Source of the DNA: Eubacteriaceae bacterium
GTDB taxonomy: Bacteria; Bacillota; Clostridia; Peptostreptococcales; Anaerovoracaceae
Assembly: GCA_028727785.1 (NCBI GenBank)
Contig: JAQYNQ010000087.1
Location: forward strand, 4,746 to 68,745
Reading direction: 5' to 3'
Length of the DNA: 64,000 nt
In this document: piece by piece, positions 32,002 through 41,065 of the stretch
Position numbering within the stretch: the stretch's first letter is position 1
How the letters are laid out: the number at the start of each line of letters is the position of its first letter
Translations under genes and position numbers: made by a program
The notes under the pieces: model-generated
The model's input: the letters and a program-made list of their open reading frames with translations, nothing else
What the model was told of the DNA's origin: nothing
Databases searched by the model: none

Positions 32002-32730
32002 ATGAATTATTTGAAAAGAGAGTTAGAGGATTTAAGAATCCTGCTCAGGAATGTGCCGAGCCTGGTAGTGTCACTGTTTTTTATCAGCGTGATAGTTATG
32101 AATCTGCTGGCAAACAAGGAACTTTTTTCGGCAAAGTACCTTGCACTTGACTGCGGGTTTACTGTAAGCTGGATTTCATTTCTGTGTATGGACATGATCT
32201 GTAAGCATTTTGGCCCTAAGGCAGCTGCAAAGATTTCGGTTATGGCACTGCTTATCAATCTGGGGGTCTGCCTGCTGTTTAAGCTTATGAGCATGACTCC
32301 AGGAATGTGGGGAGAGTTTTACACCTTCGGTTCTGAAGATGTAAATCAGGCTCTTAACAATACCATTGGCGGCAGCTGGTATATTGTTTTCGGTAGCAGT
32401 CTGGCAATGCTTGTATCAGCTATATGTAACTCGGTGATAAACCACTCTATAGGAAAAAGACTGAAAACAGATGACTATAAGGCCTTTGCCATCCGTTCTT
32501 TCACGTCTACAGGAATCGCACAGTTTATTGATAACCTTGTCTTTGCTACAGTTGTATCCCATGTTTTCTTTGGATGGACATGGGTCCAGGTTCTGACATG
32601 TTCACTGACAGGCGCAGCAATGGAACTTCTTGGAGAAATTGTACTAAGTCCTGTCGGATACAGGGCAAGCCGCAGCTGGAAGAAGGATGGAGTAGGTAAG
32701 GAGTATCTTAAATATATAGGAGAAAAATAA
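32002..32730 (+). CDS. VUT-family (YhhQ-like) queuosine-precursor transporter
   Basis: Polytopic membrane protein with MNLLANK, FLCMDMICKHFG, RSFTSTGIAQFIDNLVF; lies downstream of the preQ1 riboswitch. Confidence 0.85.
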   Translation: MNYLKRELEDLRILLRNVPSLVVSLFFISVIVMNLLANKELFSAKYLALDCGFTVSWISFLCMDMICKHFGPKAAAKISVMALLINLGVCLLFKLMSMTPGMWGEFYTFGSEDVNQALNNTIGGSWYIVFGSSLAMLVSAICNSVINHSIGKRLKTDDYKAFAIRSFTSTGIAQFIDNLVFATVVSHVFFGWTWVQVLTCSLTGAAMELLGEIVLSPVGYRASRSWKKDGVGKEYLKYIGEK

Positions 32731-32731
32731 A

Positions 32732-33391
32732 ATGGATATATTGATAACAGGAACCTCCACCGGAATTGGAAGAGCAATTGCAGTGAAGTTTCTGGAAAAG
32801 GGACACACTGTATGGGGTTTTGATATAAAGGAAAGCTCCATAAGCAGTAAAGATTATACCCACTATATTTTAGATGTCAGAGATGTGATGTCTTATCCTG
32901 CTGACCTGAAACCTCACGTAATTATTAATAATGCAGGGGTTCAGAACAGTGGAGATGACATAGATATAAATTTAAAAGGTGTAATTCAAATTACAGAGCA
33001 CTATGCATTTTGCAACGGGAATATTCGCTCAGTTGTAAACATCGGATCTGCAAGTGCTCATACCGGGTCGGAATTTCCCGAATATGCGGCATCTAAAGGC
33101 GGACTTATTGCTTATACCAAAAATGTTGCAAACCGTCTGGCACCTGAGGCAATATGTAACAGTATAGATCCGGGTGGAGTTTTGACTGAACTTAATCGCC
33201 CTGTAATGGAAGACAGAAATCTATGGGAACAGATTATGGATCTTACGCCGCTTAAACGATGGGCAACTCCTGAAGAGATTGCTGACTGGGTATATTTTGT
33301 GGCAGTTGAGAACAGATTTATGACCGGGCAGAATCTTCTTATTGACGGAGGAGAGGCCGGCAAAACGAAATTCGTCTGGCCTGAGGAATAA
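32732..33391 (+). CDS. Short-chain dehydrogenase/reductase, probably NAD(H)-specific
   Basis: TGTSTGIG, Asp after beta-2 (WGFDIK), NNAG, Ser in NIGSAS, YAASK, PGGV.T and TGQNLLIDGG. Confidence 0.92.
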   Translation: MDILITGTSTGIGRAIAVKFLEKGHTVWGFDIKESSISSKDYTHYILDVRDVMSYPADLKPHVIINNAGVQNSGDDIDINLKGVIQITEHYAFCNGNIRSVVNIGSASAHTGSEFPEYAASKGGLIAYTKNVANRLAPEAICNSIDPGGVLTELNRPVMEDRNLWEQIMDLTPLKRWATPEEIADWVYFVAVENRFMTGQNLLIDGGEAGKTKFVWPEE

Positions 33392-34912
<1,521 letters not shown>

Positions 34913-34917
34913 AGTCT

Positions 34918-35814
34918 ATGACAATAGCAGTAATAGGATCTATTTTTGTAGATATAAAAGGTTATCCCTCTGATATATATATTTCTCAGGGGAGAAATGC
35001 AGGTCGCGTGGAACAGGTTCACGGTGGAGTCGGGCGCAATGTTGCAGCTGATATCTCCGGTATGGGATTCGATACCGTGTTTATCAGCCTTGTGGATTAC
35101 TCCGGAATGGGTGAAGATGTTATACGTAAACTGAATGATTGCAGTATTTGTACTGAGTACATTGCAAGGGTTAATGACGGAATGGGAACATGGCTTGCTG
35201 TCTTTGATCATAATGGTGACGTTGTAGGCTCTATATCAAAGAGACCAGATATGAGCTACCTGACACGTATCTTAGAGGAGTCAGGAGACAGTATCTTTAA
35301 AGCTGCAGACAGCATTGTTCTTCAGCTGGATATGGAACTTTCCACTGTAGAGAAAACACTTTCACTGGCAGAGATATACGGCAAGGATGTCTATGCGGTG
35401 ATTTCAAATATGAGCATAGTCATGGAAAGAAAAGATTATCTGAAATCTTTATCATGTGTCGTCTGTAATATTCAGGAAGCTGAAATGCTGTTTTCAGAGG
35501 AGTACTCCACATACAGCATTGAAGAAATGATTACAGAGGTAAGGCACAAGGCACATGAACATGGATTAAGGAGATTAGTGATCACCATGGGTGGTGAAGG
35601 CGCTGTGTACTGTGATATTGACGGCACTTCCGGATTCTGTCCGGCAAAAAAAGTTCAGGTTGTAGACACCACCGGAGCAGGTGATGCATTCCTTGCAGGT
35701 GTGGCTGCAGGTCTGACAACCGGAAAGAATCTTGCTGATGCCTGTAAAACAGGCTCCTGTCTTGCAGCTGCAGTAATCGGTACTTCGGAAAATATCTGTC
35801 AGGGGGTTATATAA
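34918..35814 (+). CDS. PfkB/ribokinase-family kinase, pseudouridine-kinase-like
   Basis: Motifs GSIFVD, GGVGRNVA and VDTTGAGDAFLAG. Confidence 0.85.
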   Translation: MTIAVIGSIFVDIKGYPSDIYISQGRNAGRVEQVHGGVGRNVAADISGMGFDTVFISLVDYSGMGEDVIRKLNDCSICTEYIARVNDGMGTWLAVFDHNGDVVGSISKRPDMSYLTRILEESGDSIFKAADSIVLQLDMELSTVEKTLSLAEIYGKDVYAVISNMSIVMERKDYLKSLSCVVCNIQEAEMLFSEEYSTYSIEEMITEVRHKAHEHGLRRLVITMGGEGAVYCDIDGTSGFCPAKKVQVVDTTGAGDAFLAGVAAGLTTGKNLADACKTGSCLAAAVIGTSENICQGVI

Positions 35815-36518
35815 TGAGGGAGAGTATAGTAGAAGAAATAAGAAACAGGCTTTTTCAGCTTCAGGATTTGAAGTATAAGGAATTCCATTCACGCCTTATT
35901 CCAAATGTAGAACCTGACACTGTAATCGGCGTGAGAATGCCGGCTATGAGAAAACTGGCTAAGGAAGTCTCTAAGTGGGATAATATAGGTGCCTTTTTAT
36001 CCTCAACTCATGAGTACTATGAGGAAAAGAATATTCATGGTCTGATAATTGAGAAGTGCAAAGATTTTAATCAGCTTATAAAGCTGCTTGATGATTTTCT
36101 TCCGTGTGTGGATAACTGGGCTACATGCGATCTGTTAAGTCCAAAGCTTTTTAAGAAGTATCCGGAGGAAACACTGACAGAAATCAGACGATGGATTTCA
36201 AGTGATGCACCTTATACAAAAAGATTTGGCATAGAAATGCTTATGAGCTTTTATTTAGATGAAAACTTTAAAGCTGAATATCTTGAAATTGTTTCTCCAA
36301 TCAGGTCGAAAGAATATTATGTGAACATGATGATTGCGTGGTTCTTTGCGACTGCCCTTGCCAAGCAGTGGGACGCAACAGTTCCTTATATTGAAGAGCG
36401 CAAACTTGATACATGGACTCATAATAAGACTATTCAAAAGGCAATAGAAAGCTATAGAGTTTCTGATGAAAAGAAGGAATACTTAAGGGGATTAAAATGG
36501 CAAAGAGCAGGAAAATAA
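35814..36518 (+). CDS. alkD: DNA alkylation repair glycosylase (AlkD-like)
   Basis: Motifs IGVRMP, YYEE, VDNWATCD, YYVNMMIAWFFATAL and HNKTIQKA.ESYR. Confidence 0.85.
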   Translation: MRESIVEEIRNRLFQLQDLKYKEFHSRLIPNVEPDTVIGVRMPAMRKLAKEVSKWDNIGAFLSSTHEYYEEKNIHGLIIEKCKDFNQLIKLLDDFLPCVDNWATCDLLSPKLFKKYPEETLTEIRRWISSDAPYTKRFGIEMLMSFYLDENFKAEYLEIVSPIRSKEYYVNMMIAWFFATALAKQWDATVPYIEERKLDTWTHNKTIQKAIESYRVSDEKKEYLRGLKWQRAGK

Positions 36519-36769
36519 TAATCTCGGTTTTCGCAGCTGCTGCAGCCTTATGCATTGCAATGGCTGTATACCTGTGTGATTACTACAGTTCTTAGTACAC
36601 TGTGGAGCAGATAGCGGCTTCTAATGCGGAAATTAAGTATGATGAAAACAGCAGCGGGATATTCATCGATGGGGCAGATAAGGTAATTGAGAATATAGAT
36701 GCTGGAAAAATATACACAGGAGGAACAGTGGTCTGTAACGTGTTCGGAATTATTAAAGGCAATAAATGA
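36497..36769 (+). pseudogene. Small ORF not in the ORF track: signal/TM peptide, interrupted by an in-frame TAG at 36593-36595
   Basis: MAKSRKIIISVFAAAAALCIAMAVYLCDYYSS*YTVEQIAASNAEIKYDENSSGIFIDG...GNK*; an AAGGGG SD precedes it. Confidence 0.5.
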
Positions 36770-36869
36770 TAATTAGAGCCGACAACATGAAAAGAATTCT
36801 TTTTATTAAATTCTAAATGATAAAATACTAACATATAGTTGACACTGAAAAAAAAAAGAGGAATAAAAA

Positions 36870-37646
36870 ATGAGTCTATTTGAATCTTATGACAGCGAAA
36901 GAAAAGCTGCTTTGAATCCTGAGGACGTATATGACAGAGTCGAAGGTTTTCCTGAGACGGTTATAGTAACTTTTAAGAAAGCAATTGTTGACCTTGTACT
37001 GGAGAGTTTTGACTGTGAGCCGGTAGGAACCCTGCTGAGCGGTACTGTACTTAAAATCTACAAGTTCACCGTAGATGGTCATGACTTTGCTCTTTACCAG
37101 ACCACTATGGGTTCACCTATGACAGCCGGTCTTATGGAAGAGGTAATTGCAATGGGCGGAAGAAAATTTGTATTCTTTGGTTCATGCGGAACCTTAGACC
37201 GCACTATTCCTGCAGGTCATCTTATTGTCCCAACTGACGCCTATAGAGATGAGGGCACAAGTTATCATTATCAGCCGGTATCCTACGGGGATTTTGTACA
37301 CATCCCTACAGCTGACCTTACAGCGTCAGTAATAAGAAATATGGGACTTAAGGCTATTGAAACAAAGGTATGGACCACGGACGGTCTGTACAGGGAAACA
37401 AGAAGAAATATGCAGAACAGACTTGAATCGGGATGCCGTGTAGTAGATATGGAGTGCTCTGCCATAATGACTGTGGCAGAATACAGAGGGGTACCTGCAT
37501 GGCAGTTCCTGTATGCAGAGGATAATCTGGACGATATTGTCTGGGATCCTAGAACTATGGGGAAGGTCCCTAAATCGGCCAACGAATTATATCTTAAAGT
37601 TGCGTTAGAGATTGCAAAGGAGATTTCATCTGATGAAAATAATTAA
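36870..37646 (+). CDS. Nucleoside phosphorylase (PNP/UDP family)
   Basis: Motifs FGSCGTL, AYRDEGTSYHY, WTTDGLYRET, DMECSA and DNL. Confidence 0.88.
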   Translation: MSLFESYDSERKAALNPEDVYDRVEGFPETVIVTFKKAIVDLVLESFDCEPVGTLLSGTVLKIYKFTVDGHDFALYQTTMGSPMTAGLMEEVIAMGGRKFVFFGSCGTLDRTIPAGHLIVPTDAYRDEGTSYHYQPVSYGDFVHIPTADLTASVIRNMGLKAIETKVWTTDGLYRETRRNMQNRLESGCRVVDMECSAIMTVAEYRGVPAWQFLYAEDNLDDIVWDPRTMGKVPKSANELYLKVALEIAKEISSDENN

Positions 37647-38040
37647 ACGATTTATTGCTATTACAGGAATATTTGCTTTGATACTGGCAGTAAGTGGTTG
37701 TGGAAAATATGAAAATCTGGAAGAGTACTATACCTGTGGTGAATCTGAAAAATCCCATATTGATGAAATTGCAGATATAAATGCTGATAATATGACAATG
37801 TCTATATCGGGAAATGATATACATTATGACGTCGTATATGACAAAGCTTTTGATGAAGAAATAAGAGAATATGCTTCTCGAGAGATTGAACAGGAACTTG
37901 AAACAATGAGACCTGTATTTGCTGCTATTGCAAAAACAATAGAGGATGAAATCAATGTCAAAGACGTTAAGGTAAAGCTCATGTATCAGGACAGTTCCGG
38001 ATATGTGCTTTTCGAAGACACGATTTCATCCAGAGAATAA
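37633..38040 (+). CDS. Lipoprotein of unknown function
   Basis: MKIIKR plus a hydrophobic stretch and lipobox AVSG-C; start placed at the second Met. Confidence 0.7.
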   Translation: MKIIKRFIAITGIFALILAVSGCGKYENLEEYYTCGESEKSHIDEIADINADNMTMSISGNDIHYDVVYDKAFDEEIREYASREIEQELETMRPVFAAIAKTIEDEINVKDVKVKLMYQDSSGYVLFEDTISSRE

Positions 38041-38057
38041 TAGTTTATTTTGTTGAT

Positions 38058-39185
38058 TTATTCATTTAACAGGATAGCTTCAAAAAGCCTGATTCCCTGC
38101 AGAATAACGGAATCATCCATATCATAGTTTACGCTGTGAAGAGGAATTCCGCTTCCTGTTCCAAGGAAGAAGAAAAGTGCAGGCACTTTTTCCTGATAGA
38201 AGGAAAAATCTTCGGCTATCATAACAGGATTATCAAGTTCTTTATAACCCAGTTTGTCCAGGAACGGAATTACACGTTCATAGACGGCTGGGTTATTTAT
38301 TACTGCCGGATGATATTTTATAACCTCAGGTGTTACTTTCACACCCATGTCTTTGTATATCTCAGAAGCAATACGGTCCATTTCATCGAGAATGGACTGC
38401 CATGTCTCTTCGCTGAATGTTCTGATTGTACCTAATAGCTCAGCCTGCGGTGAAATTGCATTTCTTACAGTGCCACTGGTCAGCTTTCCAAACCTGACAA
38501 TGCAGTTATCATTAATTTCATTATCCACATAATCGTATATTTCAGTTAAAAATCTTGCCGCAGCATGAAGTGCGTCCTTTCCCTTCCATGGTTCACCGCA
38601 ATGTGCACTGACGCCACTGAAATGAACATCGACTGAGGTGGATTTTGCCATCATCGGACCGCTTATGGAGGAAATCTGACCTTTGGGCAGTGTTGGCCAG
38701 TTGTGAAGCCCGAAGATTTCCTTAATATTATATGTCTCAAAAAAATCCGTATTGCAGATTTTAAGAGCTCCGTCAATGGTTTCTTCTGCAGGCTGGAATA
38801 GAAGCACCACATTATGTGCAGGAGAGAAGCCTTCAGATTTCTTATCATCAATAAGCTCTGCAAATCCAAGCATTATTGCCATATGTGAATCATGGCCACA
38901 TGCATGCATTTTCCCATCGTGCTCAGAAATATAGGTGAGATCATTCACTTCCTGAATTGGAAGTGCATCCATGTCACATCTGAAGCATATTGCATCTTTC
39001 TTGCCGAAATCATAGACAGCGGCTACACCATAGCCAGCAATATCATCAACTCTGCATGAAAGTGGTTTAAGTACATTTCTTATATATGCACCGGTCTTTG
39101 GTAAGTCGAAGCTTAATTCCGGTATCCTGTGGAGATCTCTTCTGTATTTCACTGATCTTTCTAATAATTCGCTGTATTCTTTCAT
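38058..39185 (-). CDS. M20D-family amidohydrolase
   Basis: Motifs RRDLHRIPEL, RCDMDALP, MHACGHD, FQPAEE, GLHNWP, AEDF and LHS. Confidence 0.9.
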   Translation of the reverse strand: MKEYSELLERSVKYRRDLHRIPELSFDLPKTGAYIRNVLKPLSCRVDDIAGYGVAAVYDFGKKDAICFRCDMDALPIQEVNDLTYISEHDGKMHACGHDSHMAIMLGFAELIDDKKSEGFSPAHNVVLLFQPAEETIDGALKICNTDFFETYNIKEIFGLHNWPTLPKGQISSISGPMMAKSTSVDVHFSGVSAHCGEPWKGKDALHAAARFLTEIYDYVDNEINDNCIVRFGKLTSGTVRNAISPQAELLGTIRTFSEETWQSILDEMDRIASEIYKDMGVKVTPEVIKYHPAVINNPAVYERVIPFLDKLGYKELDNPVMIAEDFSFYQEKVPALFFFLGTGSGIPLHSVNYDMDDSVILQGIRLFEAILLNE

Positions 39186-39293
39186 TAATCTGGTTCCTCC
39201 ATTTTATAGCTCTGCCTATTATTTTAAATCTTACATGGTCTATAGTCAATTTATCTTTCACATTTGCTGAAATTGTGATAAAATACTAACATT

Positions 39294-40160
39294 ATGAGAA
39301 AATTTGATAAGATTAAACGAAATTTGAAGAAAAAAATAAATAAAAAGATAACGCAGACGAAAAATTTTACAAAAAAAGTACTTTTTATATTGCTCATTAT
39401 TGTAGTTTTTTTAGCTGCTGTTTACTGTATCATGTATATTAAGAATTCTAAGTATGATGGACTTGGAGAACAGATGGATTATCCTCAATCGACATATAAC
39501 ATGGATTGTCTTTATACAGGTAAAAAAGGAAGAATTTATGATGACGGTATATATATATCGAAAAAGGGAATTGACGTTTCTGTGTTTCAGGGCGAGATAG
39601 ACTGGGTAAAGGTTAAACGTTCAGGTATAGACTTTGCCATGATAAGGCTGGGATTCCGCAGCTCTTCAGATGGTACAATCTATATGGACACTAATTTCAA
39701 AACAAATCTGAGGCGTGCCAAGGCTGCCGGTGTGGATGTAGGTGTCTACTTCTTCTCTCAGGCCATTACTGTGGACGAGGCAATGGAAGAAGCACGTTTT
39801 GTTTTGAAACATATTCGCTTTCACGGTGTAACTTATCCTGTTGCATTTGATATGGAACCTGTTGACGGAGATGATAGAATTTCAGGTTTAAGCAAAGCTG
39901 AAAAGACAGAAATTGCAGATGCGTTCTGTCAGGTTATTAAGGCTAACAGATTTAAACCTGTTATATATGGTAATCCAACGTGGTTTAGAAGAAATATTAA
40001 GCTGGATTATCTTACTGACTATGAGTTATGGCTTGCACATTATACTGATGAAACTGATTTCTCAAGCAAATATTTAATGTGGCAGTATACTGACGCAGGG
40101 CTGGTTGATGGAATAGACGGATACGTCGATATGAATCTTTATTTTAAAGAAACGCATTAG
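39294..40160 (+). CDS. Membrane-anchored GH25 lysozyme/muramidase
   Basis: Basic N-terminus and TM helix, then GIDVS..QG.IDW, GVYFFSQA, FDMEP and WQYT. Confidence 0.88.
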   Translation: MRKFDKIKRNLKKKINKKITQTKNFTKKVLFILLIIVVFLAAVYCIMYIKNSKYDGLGEQMDYPQSTYNMDCLYTGKKGRIYDDGIYISKKGIDVSVFQGEIDWVKVKRSGIDFAMIRLGFRSSSDGTIYMDTNFKTNLRRAKAAGVDVGVYFFSQAITVDEAMEEARFVLKHIRFHGVTYPVAFDMEPVDGDDRISGLSKAEKTEIADAFCQVIKANRFKPVIYGNPTWFRRNIKLDYLTDYELWLAHYTDETDFSSKYLMWQYTDAGLVDGIDGYVDMNLYFKETH

Positions 40161-40172
40161 GAGGAGATAAAC

Positions 40173-41036
40173 ATGAAAATTATGGACATTTTCAATGGTG
40201 AGAAAACAGTGTTTTCCTTTGAAATTTTCCCACCGAAAAGAGATAATTCAATTGACACTATCTACAAGACACTAGATGAACTTCAGGATTTGAAACCGGA
40301 TTTCATCAGTGTTACTTACGGTGCAAGCGGAAGCCTTATGGACAATTCAACCTGTGAAATTGCTTCATCAATTAAGCGCAATTATGGACTTCTTTCCGCA
40401 GCTCATTTAACTTGTGTAAACTCATCTCAGGATGAGGTGAGAGAGGTATTAAGGCGACTTTCTGACAGTGGCGTTGAAAATATACTTGCTTTAAGAGGCG
40501 ACTATATTCCTGACGTTCCACCTAAAGAGGATTTTAAGCACGCAAGTGATCTCATAGAGTTTATCAAAAAGGAAGGATATGACTTTGGTATTTCAGGTGC
40601 ATGCTATCCAGAATGTCATTTAGACAGTGATAGTCCTGTTGATGACCTGAAAAACCTGAAAAAGAAAGTAGATGCAGGTGCAGAACATCTTATTTCACAG
40701 CTTTTCTTCGATAATAACCTGTTCTACAGTTTTGTGGAAAAAGCTCGAATTGCAGGAATCGATGTTCCGATTGAGGCAGGAATCATGCCTGTAGTAAACA
40801 AGAAACAGATTGAAAGAATGGTTTCACTGTGCGGAGCAAGCCTGCCGGCAAAGTTTACAAGAATGATGTCAAAATACGAAAACAATCCTGAAGCTATGAG
40901 AGATGCAGGCATTGCATATGCGGTAAATCAGATTGTAGATCTGGTATCTCACGGAGTAGACGGAATTCACTTATATACGATGAATAATCCATATATTGCA
41001 CGCAGAATAAACGAAAGCGTAAGAAGTTTGTTCTAA
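40173..41036 (+). CDS. metF: 5,10-methylenetetrahydrofolate reductase
   Basis: Motifs SFEIFPPK, SVTYGA, AHLTC, LALRGD, YPECH, LISQLFF, GIMP and HLYTMN. Confidence 0.95.
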   Translation: MKIMDIFNGEKTVFSFEIFPPKRDNSIDTIYKTLDELQDLKPDFISVTYGASGSLMDNSTCEIASSIKRNYGLLSAAHLTCVNSSQDEVREVLRRLSDSGVENILALRGDYIPDVPPKEDFKHASDLIEFIKKEGYDFGISGACYPECHLDSDSPVDDLKNLKKKVDAGAEHLISQLFFDNNLFYSFVEKARIAGIDVPIEAGIMPVVNKKQIERMVSLCGASLPAKFTRMMSKYENNPEAMRDAGIAYAVNQIVDLVSHGVDGIHLYTMNNPYIARRINESVRSLF

Positions 41037-41065
41037 GACGTTTTGATACATAGAGAGGAGAAGAA

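Noticed and set aside
36593-36595. Pyrrolysine recoding of the in-frame TAG
   Set aside because: No pyl genes or methyltransferase context in the window; a nonsense mutation is simpler.
36848-36857. A10 tract as a phase-variation switch
   Set aside because: It is in a 5' UTR, outside both the coding frame and the promoter spacer; such runs are common in this AT-rich DNA.
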